Below, piece by piece: positions 53,230 through 64,000 of a DNA stretch of 64,000 bases (position 1 is the first letter of the stretch; each line of letters opens with the position of its first letter). Under the pieces are notes generated by a model. That model worked only from the letters and a program-made list of their open reading frames with translations. It was not told the origin of the DNA and ran no database searches. The translations under genes were made by a program, and so were the position numbers. This stretch comes from Octopus vulgaris (Eukaryota): contig OX597819.1 in NCBI GenBank assembly GCA_951406725.2, positions 98,766,001 through 98,830,000 on the forward strand. Direction: 5' to 3'.

Positions 53230-53590
53230 ACCAGTGACTTTGTCTTTACACGGCCGCTCGATTTGCTAGAAATAGATACTAAATTTCCGTCAAGTCTTAT
53301 CTCATTTCCTTAGATTCAGAGGAAATAGGTGAGATGGCCATGGTTAGAATGCTTTTAATCACAGGTTTGTTTGATCAGAGCTGATCAGGGTCTAAACAAT
53401 AACAATAACAAAATACATTAAAAAATTACAGAACCAGCAACGAAAATGGTAGCCAAATCTCCCTCGAAGAATTATCGTAAAAGAAGATGTTTGAGAATGT
53501 ATTTCTGCATTTCCGGTGTGATAGTCATAGTTGTAATAACTTTGGTCACCAGGCTCCCTGATCAGGCTTGACCTAGGGTTAAAGAACAAA
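53230..53590 (+). mobile_element. Family D SINE-like, two head-to-tail copies
   Basis: GCTAGAAATAG...GATCAGAGCTGATCAGGGTCTAAACAA, then GCCAAATCTCCCTC...TGATCAGGCTTGACCTAGGGTTAAAG. Confidence 0.65.
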
Positions 53591-53593
53591 GAT

Positions 53594-53657
<64 letters not shown>

Positions 53658-54068
53658 CCACCTGCACCAACAACATCAACACCATCACCACCGATACCAC
53701 CGCTATAACAACCGCACGCCATCAACACCATCACCATTGGCAGAATACACTAACACCACCACCACCGCTACAGCTATCACCATCACCAACATCACCATCA
53801 CTATCGCCAACACCACCGTCGCCATTAACTCCTCTACTATATTCCTTATATTTCTTTCTGAATTCGCTCCAACTCTATACTATCTCTCCCAATCTCTCTA
53901 CTACACCTACCCATTACATAACCTCCACTCTTCCTCCTTCTTTAACACTTATTTCCCCTTCCTCTATCTCCATAACTCTTTCTCACCCATCTCCTATTTA
54001 TCCAGTTAACGATAATTCAGAACTTTAGTCTTCTGCGGTACCTCTCGCATATATGATACTACGCGCGC

Positions 54069-54225
<157 letters not shown>

Positions 54226-54253
54226 TATATGTATGTATATATGTATGTAGAAA

Positions 54254-54416
54254 GGCGCAGGAGTGGCTGCGTGGTAAGTAGCTTGCTTACGAACCACATG
54301 GTTCCGGGTTCATTCCTATAGCGTGGCACCTTGGGCAAGTGTCTTTTACCATAGCCTCGGGCCGACCAAAGCGTTGGGAGTGGATTTGGTAGACGGAAAC
54401 TGAAAGAAGATTGTCG

Positions 54417-54451
<35 letters not shown>

Positions 54452-54645
54452 CTGTGTTTGTAACCCAACATCGCGTGACAACCCATGCTGGTGTGTTTAC
54501 GTCCCCGTAACTTACCGGTTCGGCAAAAGATACCGATAGAATAAGTACTAGGCTTACACAGAATAAGTCCTGGGTTTGATTTGCTCGACTAAAGGCGGTG
54601 CTCCAACATGGCCGCAGTCAAATGACTGAAACACGTAAAAGACAG
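54254..54645 (+). mobile_element. SINE family C, full length
   Basis: GGCGCAGGAGTGGCTGCGTGG...GACTGAAACACGTAAAAG. Confidence 0.92.
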
Positions 54646-54924
54646 TAAAGATATATATATATGTATGTGTTTGTGTGTGTATGTGCATACGTGTGTGTAT
54701 ATGTGTGTATGTATTTTTACGAAGATGCGTGTGCACCTCCATATCTACTTGCATAAACGTGGTTATAAATAGATATGTGAGTATATATACCTGCATACAT
54801 ACGCACACACACATACACATACTTATATACATACACCCCATAGATATATATATATATATATATATATGCCTGTGTATCATTTGTAAGTATGTATGTATGT
54901 ACACATGTATTATACACCTATCTC

Positions 54925-54959
<35 letters not shown>

Positions 54960-54960
54960 A

Positions 54961-55004
<44 letters not shown>

Positions 55005-55159
55005 CATGACTCGAGCATTAAATTATGCATAAATACAGGTAGAAATTGAAGAATAGATAATCTATATATAAGAAATTGAATGTAGGTGTATATATATGCA
55101 TAGACCGATGAATATATACGCGTAACTATACATACAGGTACAATCATGAATATACATAT

Positions 55160-55547
55160 TCTTTTATTATTTTAGTTGTTTCAGTCATTTGACTGGGGCC
55201 ATGCTGGAGCACCGCTTTTAGTTGAACAAATCGACTCCAGGACTTATTCTTTGTAAGTCTAGTACTTATTCTATCGGCCGATTTTTGCCGGACAGCTATG
55301 TAGCGGGGACGTATACACACCAACACCGGTTTTCAAGCGAGCAATGGTGGAGGAACAAACACAAACACAAATAGTTAATATATATATATATTCATATATA
55401 TATATATGGTACGGGCTTCTTACAGTTTCTGTCAACCAAATCCACTCACAAGGCTTTGGTCAGCCTGAGGCTATAGTAGAAGACACTTGACCAAACTGCC
55501 ACACTGTGGGACTGAACCCGGAACCATGTGGTTGGGAAGCAAGCTTC
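55160..55547 (-). mobile_element. SINE family C; 5' end abuts a family B tail
   Basis: Reverse-complement match to 54254-54645. Confidence 0.9.
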
Positions 55548-56147
55548 TTATTTCTTTACTGCCCACGGGGTCTACACACAGAGGGGACAAACAAGGACAG
55601 ACAAACGGATTAAGTCGATTATATCGACGCCAGTGCGTAACTGGTATTTATTTAATCGATCCCGAAAGGATGAAAGGCAAAGTCGACCACGGCAGAATTT
55701 GAACTCAGAACGTAAAGTTTGGCAAAATGCCGTTCAGTACTTTTGCTGGGGTGCTGAAAATTCTGTCAGCTCGCCACCTTGAATAAAAGTAATAAATATT
55801 CTTTTCTGCTCTAGGCACAAGGCCCGAAATTTGGGGGGAGGGGGCCAGTCGATTAGATCGTCAGCAGTACGCAGCAGGTACTTAATTTATTGACCTCGAA
55901 AGGATAAAAGGCAAAGACGACTTCGGAGGGATTTGAACTCAGAACGTAAAGACAGACGAAATACTGCTAAACATTTCGCCGGGCGTGCTAACGTTTCTTA
56001 TTTCTTTATTGCCCACAAGGGGCTAAACATAGAGATGACAAACAAGGACAGATAAAGGGATTAAGTCGATGACTTCGACCCCAGTGCGTAACTGGCACTT
56101 AACTCATCGACCCCGGCCTGCTGACGTTTCTGCCAGCACGCCGCCTT
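55548..56147 (-). mobile_element. SINE family B cluster (monomer plus dimer)
   Basis: Heads at about 55780 and 56147; repeated bodies. Confidence 0.88.
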
Positions 56148-56254
56148 AGTAATAATGAATATCAAATGTCGAAAACTCCATCATTTGATAATGATCATCT
56201 CATATCAATCATAGGCTCTTGACTAAGTAAATATATGTACCAGTATCTTTTGTT

Positions 56255-56558
<304 letters not shown>

Positions 56559-56735
56559 TATATATATATATATATATGCGTGTGTGTGTATGTATGTGTG
56601 TATATATATGTATATATATATATATATGTATGTATATATGTATATATGTATATATACGTACATAGCTTATTCTTAAACAAGGATAGTGTTGACAGTGACT
56701 CGTTTCGGTTAGTTATGAATATATATAAATATACT

Positions 56736-56767
<32 letters not shown>

Positions 56768-56824
56768 TGTATGTATGTATTATGTATGTATGTATGTGTG
56801 TATGTGTGTATGCATGTACATACG

Positions 56825-57175
56825 TTTGTTTCACGATGTGGAGAATATACCGTCAGCATGGCCCAAGCGACCTCAACATTTCAGGATCACAACGCATCAA
56901 TACACTGCAACACAGTTTCTTTTCCTCAATGGACCCTGCTCTATTTAACATTGTCCCAAAACAGATCAAAAAGGAAAAGGATCCCATCACCTTTAAACGG
57001 AATCTGGAGAAATTTCTTCAAGGAATACCAGATGAGTCACCAATACCTCGATACAACTCACTCAACAAGAACTCCCTACTCGAGTGGAACATGATAACAT
57101 AAAACTTGGCTTAAAGAGGATTTAGATAATTCTATCAGACATGGCATGGACCAAGCTTTCGTCGAAACCTAAGTT
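56825..57175 (+). mobile_element. CR1-like LINE 3' end
   Basis: SFFSSMDPALFNIVPKQIK...FKRNLEKFLQGIPDES...NSLLEW*, a typical CR1-group ORF2 C-terminus. Confidence 0.85.
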
Positions 57176-57418
57176 TTACCTACGTTTTATATATACATAA
57201 TAGCTCTGATAGTGAGAATCCAGACCGTCACCTAATGAATGTCTGATTAAGTGATTTGATTTTAAATTCAATATGCAACATTACATAACACTTATATGTT
57301 ACGTGAAATAAATGGCCGTGAATCGAAACGCACGTAGCACTAAACTGATTTCTCCAAATTTTTTCATCAAACATTTAAAAGGTGACTATCTGGTTCTCAT
57401 TATCGATACAACTGTTAT

Positions 57419-57545
<127 letters not shown>

Positions 57546-57967
57546 CGTATGTATGTATATCGAACAGTATGAATGAGAATCCATCATCGCATTCATGTTT
57601 AGATAGTCTTTCTATTGTGGGTTAATAAGTCTATCGGTGGTTTCATGTCGAGAGAAATTTAAAAAATTATCAAGCCCTCCACATAGAATGTAGGTGCTGT
57701 CCGCCATCTTGGATGAAAACTCTACGAAGTCACCTGAGATCGCGCAAGATTTTGGAATAAACAAACAATATACATATCAATGCAAACAAATCTCAAATAT
57801 TATCTCCCTTGCATCAATTCGAATTTACAAACATACACACGTGCATGTCCAAGCATAATGTGTACATTATATACATAAATACATGTACATATAAAATTTA
57901 ATGAAGTATTATTACCATTATTAAAAATAACAATATTAATAAAGTGGTTAGCGCGTTTAACCTATAT

Positions 57968-58375
57968 ACTCTTTACCCTCTTTACTCTTTTACTTGTTTC
58001 AGTCATGTGACTGTGGTCATGCTGGAGCACCGCCTTTAGTCGAGCAAATCGACCCCAGGACTTATTCTTTGTAAGCCTAGTAAGTTATTCTATCGGTCAC
58101 TTTTGCCGAACCGGTAAGTTACGGGGACGTAAACACACCAGCATCTGTCGTCAAGCGATGTTGGAGGGACAAACATATACACACACATACATATATATAT
58201 ATACATATATACGACGGGCTTCTTTCAGTTTCCGTCTACCAAATCCACTCACAAGGCTTTGGTCGGCCCGTGGCTATAGTAGAAGGCACTTGCCCAAGGT
58301 GCCATGCAGTGGGAATGAACCCGGGACCATGTGGTTGGTAAGCAAGCTACTTACCATACAGCCACTCCTACGCCT
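57968..58375 (-). mobile_element. SINE family C, full length
   Basis: Reverse complement of the family C pattern with (AAAAGAGT)n tail. Confidence 0.92.
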
Positions 58376-58539
58376 ATATAGGTAAAATATACAAAAAGAC
58401 TAGGAAACGGGAATACCACTTGCTAGAAACAGGAGTTAATAAATGTCTTGCTATTAAGAAACACGTACGGTGAATGTAACTTCTACTTCTAGAAAGTGGT
58501 ATTCCGCCACTCCAATTTATTTGTATTCATGCACACACA

Positions 58540-58579
<40 letters not shown>

Positions 58580-59139
58580 CGCGCGCGCGCGCGCACGCAC
58601 GCACGCACGCACACGCACACACGCACACACACACACACATGTGTTGTTTGTATTTGTAACTTTGTACTATTTCTCTGATTTTTTGCGTCCTTGTTTACGT
58701 ATAACTTCACTTGCTTTCTTCCAAAGAATCTAATGCACTTAGCTTAGATGTTTTGGGAGCCGGCCAGATTGAAGCAGTCTCGAGTGCCACCGGCCGAAAC
58801 TACAGTGACGATCTGGAACTTGACTGACGATAGAAAATGATCAGTCCTTGTTTTTTTCTGTCCTTTTTTGTATCGTCTAACTGTCCAGATGTTTTGTTGT
58901 CGCCTGTCACGTTCTTGTTCCACTTTTTAAAAAAATTATATATACATATAGCGGTGTACGTACGCTTTTGGTCTCCTGTATGTAAGTGTATATATATATA
59001 TATATATATATATAGTGGATACCATTCAGGGAGATATGTATACACATATATGTATGTATTTTCTGCCAACATCATATAAATATGAGAAATTCTATAGTTT
59101 AATATGTATATTATTAAACTATAGAAAATATTCCTGTCT

Positions 59140-59530
59140 GAACTGACGGTCTACTAGGAACATTGTTATGAAGACACTTCAGTGAAGGAAGCCAAGTATC
59201 ATATCTGGTCAAGCAATACAAGGATTGGCAGCTCTGGTTATTTCTATTTAAAGTTGGCTGAAGAATTTCTTGGTGCAGTCTGTGTAAGATGTTGGCAGCC
59301 ATGGGAGCTCTTTGTCCTGGGATCACTGCATAGAGGTTGCTCGATGAGAGCCAACCTGGGTTCAAACATCAACATCGAGCATGTTCTGTGTGATCGTTGG
59401 ACTTGCTAGAAACAGCATTTAAATCTCCTTTAAAATATACCCTAATGTATTAATACCATATAACTCTTGGAATGACAGGAAGCGAGAGGAAGACAACTGC
59501 TCACAGGTTCGATAGAAAGAAAGAGCATCT
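59140..59530 (+). mobile_element. Family D SINE-like, two decayed head-to-tail copies
   Basis: GCTCGATGAGAGCCAACCTGGGTTCAAACATC followed directly by GAGCATGTTCTGTGTG...GCTAGAAACAGC. Confidence 0.55.
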
Positions 59531-59628
59531 TGCTGGCTCTAGAACAAGTGGGAAGAATTGAGCTCGAAAGCAGAAAATGGGAATTGGTTGATTATATGCC
59601 GCTGGTCCGCCAACGAAAGGACGTAGTG

Positions 59629-59630
<2 letters not shown>

Positions 59631-59661
<31 letters not shown>

Positions 59662-59900
59662 TGTGTACAGTGCTCAGGTGCACTACAACTCATCTAAAGT
59701 GTATATATAATCAGATGTAGTTTCGGCGGATTTCGGAAAGCATGAGGGCCTTAAAGGATGCAGTGTCATGGCAGTCAACAACTGACGCAGGCAGTTTATT
59801 CCATGCTTCAGCAACTCTTAAGGTTTGAAACACCTGAAGGAAGTTGGATACAGCCTGAGCATTACTCCATATGTACGAAAGCTGGTAGTACGCATGTGAC
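59631..59900 (-). mobile_element. CR1-like LINE 3' end with (TAT)n tail
   Basis: LRVAEAWNKLPASVVDCHDTASFK (RV...WN.LP..VV.....SFK), short UTR, then tandem TAT. Confidence 0.85.
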
Positions 59901-60001
59901 CGGTTCTGCTTGTTTCTCAAGATGGGTCTAATAGTAAGAACACATTCAATAATCGTTGGATGCAAAATGCAGATACACTATCCATAAGATAGGATGTATA
60001 G

Positions 60002-60095
<94 letters not shown>

Positions 60096-60649
60096 GTCTG
60101 TCTGTCTGTCTGTCTGACTGACTGTCTGTCTGTCTGTCTGTATGTATGTATGCATGTCTGTCGGTCTACACAGGCACACACACACAAATACACATACAGA
60201 AACAGAAACGTACCTGTTACTATAAGAGCAGCAATGATCCTATCTAAAAAAAAACCCATATATATTGATGGAGATAAACAACATATATTAGACATTGGAC
60301 AAACTATTGTCATATAAATTATGGTCAGCTCTTCGGGTTCACTGAAACATGAATGAGCTAGGCTAAATTCGTTACAGTAAATAGTCTCCACTCTGTATAT
60401 AGTGAGTTAATCTCAGCAGATTCGATTCTGACATTGATCCCTGCAGAGTCTCTAACATAAGTGGCAGCTATATAGTTGGATCGAATCAATCAACTAAAGA
60501 ATATTTGTGATTAGTATTGTTGTTGGTGTTGTTGTTGTTGTTGTTGTTGTTGATGATGATGATGAGGTAGCCGTAATCAGCTCTGATGGAGCACATATAT
60601 GCCATCTCTGATATTCTGTCTAGATATAAAAAGAACCTCTTTCATGAAC

Positions 60650-60715
60650 TTTTTCTCTCCCTCCTCCCACCGCCACTTCCTCCTCCTCCTCTTCCTGATC
60701 ATGATCATGATCATG

Positions 60716-60746
<31 letters not shown>

Positions 60747-60856
60747 GCATCATCATCAGCATCGGCAGCAGCAACAGCATCAGCATCAGCAGCAGCATCA
60801 ATATCGTCGTCGTTTTCATCGTCATTATCATCGTCGTCGTCGTCGTCGTTGTCATT

Positions 60857-60907
<51 letters not shown>

Positions 60908-61013
60908 GTCATCATCATCATTATCAACATCATCATCATCAGCGAGAGCGGCGGCAGCTGCAGCAACAGCAGCAGCATCTTCAATGTCGTCGTCGTTTTC
61001 ATCATCATCGTTG

Positions 61014-61044
<31 letters not shown>

Positions 61045-61046
61045 GA
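60650..61046. repeat. Compound (CAT/CAG/CGT)n trinucleotide tract
   Basis: Poly-His, poly-Ile, poly-Ser and poly-Met in different frames. Confidence 0.95.
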
Positions 61047-61647
61047 TGTTAGGCTTATGCTTTTTAGGCTTGACTATGCGGAAATGGTTATTTAGATATG
61101 CTATCATTTACAGATGGTGTTCTACTTTGTGTGCACACAATAAGATTAACGGCAGTGAGGGTATTAAAAGATTAAGACTTACGTTATTTCGTTAAACACG
61201 TTAGAAATCATTGCACACTTTTGTGAAACTCTTACAAAGTCCCATTTCCAATTCCAAATAGACAAGAGCGATCACAGCAATATAATTAGCTTCATCATCG
61301 TTATAATTAATGACTAAGCGAGTTTTATATGGTAGGAGGGAGCGTCTATGCTGTCACGTGACCTTCTAGAAATAGCTGACAAAATCTTTCTCAGTTTAAT
61401 AAAGGACGTGTCAGGCAAGTAGTTCTTGGGATCACCGTACAAAGGAAAATACAGGATAGCCATAGCTGGATTGCCTTTGGTCATATCGTGCTGGATCAGA
61501 GCTGATCTGAGCTTAAACAATAACAATGAGCATGTTCTGTGTGGTCGCTTGACCTGCTAGAAACAGCATTTAAATCTCCTTTAAATCATACTTAAGATGT
61601 CGTTCTGTGTTCGAAGAGACCGACAGAAATATTTTAAGTGTGGAAAA

Positions 61648-62063
61648 GGTGGCGAGCTGGCAGAAACGTTAGTACGCCGGGCGAAATGCTTAGCGGTATT
61701 TCGTCTGCCGTTACGTTGTAAGTTCAAATTCCGCCGAGGTCGACTTTGCCTTTCATCCTTTCGGGGTCGATAAATTAAGTACCAGTTACACACTGGGGTC
61801 GATGTAATCGACTTAATACCTATGTCTGTCCTTGTTTGTCCCCTCTGTGTTTAGCCCCTTGTGGGTAATAAAGAAATAGGTATTTCGTCTGCCGCTACGT
61901 TCTGAGTTCAAATTCCGCTGAGGTCGACTTTGCGTTTCATCCTTTCGGGGTCGATTAAATAAGTACCAGTTACGCACTGGGGTCGATGTAATCGACTTAA
62001 TCCCTTTGTCTGTCCTTGTTTGTCCTCTCTGTGTTTAGCTCCTTGTGGGCAATAAAGAAATAA
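61648..62063 (+). mobile_element. SINE family B dimer (young)
   Basis: One head and two near-identical bodies joined at AAAGAAATAG/GTATTTCGTCTGCC. Confidence 0.93.
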
Positions 62064-62559
62064 GAAACATGATAAGCGTGGTCATAGTTTGAACGTTCTT
62101 AAGTCTTTACAATCAGAACTGATCTGGGGTAAGCAATAACAACAAATATAACCGCAATGACACTCATCCAGACCAACCAACTAAACCAAACCAAACCAAC
62201 CAACCAACCAACCAACCAACCAACCAATCAACCAACCAACCAACCAACCAGCGGCTGAGTCTCCACGTGATTGTTCGACCTACTAGAAATGGCGGTTAAA
62301 TTACCTAAATTTCCAACTAAAACCTTTGAAAAAGGAAGCTCATTGAATAATATGGTCTCAAGATACATTATATCTGGAAAAAGATGGGATGATCGTGGCT
62401 GGAACGCCTTTAAATTGTAAATATAATATTCATTTAGGGATGAAAAGAGACTAAACAACAGCCACGATAGCAACAATTACTACAGCAAAAATATCACAAC
62501 ACCGAACCATTGATGCTATCGCTATGTAGTGGTTCGCGTTGTTAGATATAGTTGCCAAA

Positions 62560-62993
62560 GGTGGCGAGCTGGCAGAGGCGGCGAGCTGGCAGAAACGTTA
62601 GCATGCCGGGCGAAATGCTTAGCGGTATTTCGTCTGCCGTTACGTTCTGAGTTCAAATTCCGCCGAGGTCGCCTTTGTCTTTCATCCTTTCGGAGTCGAT
62701 TAAATAAGTAACAGTTACGCACTGGGGTCGATGTAATCGACTTAATCCGTTTGTCTGTCCTTGTTTGTCCCCTCTATGTTTAGCTCCTTGTGGGTAATGA
62801 AGAAACAGGTATTTCGTCTGCCGTTACGTTCTGAGTTCAAATTCCGCCGTGGTCGACTTTGCCTTTCATCCTTTCGCGGTCGATAAATTAAGAACCAGTC
62901 ACGCACTGGGGTCGATATAATCGACTTAATCCCTTTGTCTGTCCTTGTTTGTCCCCTCTATGTTTAGCTCCTTGTGGGCAATAAAGAAATAAT
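62560..62993 (+). mobile_element. SINE family B dimer with 17-bp duplicated 5' end
   Basis: GGTGGCGAGCTGGCAGA GGCGGCGAGCTGGCAGA; imperfect TSD ATATAGTTGCCAAA / ATATAGCAGCCAAA. Confidence 0.93.
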
Positions 62994-63314
62994 ATATAGC
63001 AGCCAAAATTTTTTGAAAGCACAACTTGCTGTTTAAAAAGAATGATGTATACGTTGAATTATGTAGGTCTGTATACATTATATCAGGAGAAAGGCGTGGT
63101 AGTCATGGTTAGAACCCCCTTCATTTCGGTCTTTTCGCTTATAGCTGACGAAGGGCTTAACACCAACAACACAGTAACAACTACCGCTATACCAGGTAAC
63201 AACAATCACAATTTAGCGTGCACAGAGACAACAACAACAACAACAACGACAATAACGGCAAAAAACAACAACAATAATAACAAACCGCAAAAAAATAAGG
63301 TGAGATTAACATTC

Positions 63315-63370
63315 GCCACTCGTTTGACGTCATTGCGATGTGAGCACGTGACCTAAGATGGCGACTATAG
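63315..63370 (+). promoter_or_regulatory. Candidate promoter motif cluster (CRE, E-box, YY1-like)
   Basis: TGACGTCA 63325-63332, CACGTGAC 63345-63352, AAGATGGCG 63355-63363 in a CpG-rich unique patch. Confidence 0.4.
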
Positions 63371-63659
63371 TTTAGCGAAGACTTAAACGATGCCGTTGTA
63401 AAGTGTATATGTATGTGTGTGTGTATGAATGTGTAAGTCGTGTGTGCGTGCGTGCGTGCGTGTGTATGTATGTGTGTACGTGTGTTTGTGTGTAATGTAT
63501 TTTTGATAAGCTCTTGTGATGCTGCATTGTTGAAGGGTCGATCTGTCAAACTGGCTGTGGTGTGATGAACGGAACAGCTAAGGTTGCCAGTTCGGGAAAG
63601 GGGGGGGTGGGATTACCGGGACGTGAAGATGAAGATTAAATCACACACACACACACACA

Positions 63660-63718
<59 letters not shown>

Positions 63719-64000
63719 ACACTCGTAAGCACGCAGGGACACGCATATGCATAAGTACATTGCAGACACAGGTACACGCATATTTACATTCAATAACAAC
63801 TAATATAACAGTGCACTCAAAATGACGCATTGCCACACACGTATAGACAGGCGTATACACACATACATTGATAGATATATGCAAGCATATACACACACTC
63901 CCATATACACAGGCCCATATACAGACACAGACTAACGCAGCCATACAAACGCTCACACACTGACGCATTGGCTCAAACACTCACACAAATACAGAAATAT

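Larger units (their letters stand above)
61330..63175 (+). mobile_element. Head-to-tail array of about four family D copies, two interrupted by family B dimers
   Basis: Four recurrences of CTAGAAA(T/C)AGC ... G(C/T)CAT(A/G)G(C/T)T ... TAA(A)CAA(C) at about 61330, 61527, 62250 and 62520. Confidence 0.65.

Noticed and set aside
57700-57715. YY1 site CCGCCATCTTG as a promoter
   Set aside because: Isolated, and GCCATCTTGGA is also a common internal motif of DNA transposons.
58760-58820. Ribozyme in CCAGATTG...CCGAAACTACAG...CGATCTGG
   Set aside because: A closing stem and GAAAC are present but there is no CUGANGA core, and no twister or HDV pattern could be fitted.
60577-61195. His/Gln-rich 169-aa ORF resembling a metal-binding or transcription-factor tract
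   Set aside because: A (CAT)n-based repeat open in four frames, with no unique domain attached.

Overview
AT-rich, extremely microsatellite-dense eukaryotic DNA. The tRNA-derived SINE families and compound (TA)n/(TATG)n/(TATC)n/(AAT)n tracts point to an octopus genome; this is pattern recognition, not a database result. No confidently identifiable host protein-coding gene, rRNA or tRNA is present, and the window looks intronic or intergenic. Nearly all listed ORFs are microsatellite translations or decayed retroelements. Contents: dozens of SINE copies with interchangeable head and tail modules; fragments of RTE, CR1 and R4/Dong-type non-LTR retrotransposons; Helentron/Helitron-type, hAT, mariner and piggyBac-like non-autonomous DNA elements; and several Penelope-like remnants with minimal hammerhead motifs. 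The best find is a 317-bp TSD-flanked insertion (15669-15985) that folds on the + strand into a long G-U-rich rod with an intact type I hammerhead ribozyme core at its apex, i.e. a retrozyme/viroid-like RNA element. A few unique islands look regulatory, including a CRE + E-box + YY1 cluster near 63.3 kb. SINE family letters A-E and tail numbers are my own working labels. Coordinates of decayed repeats are approximate.
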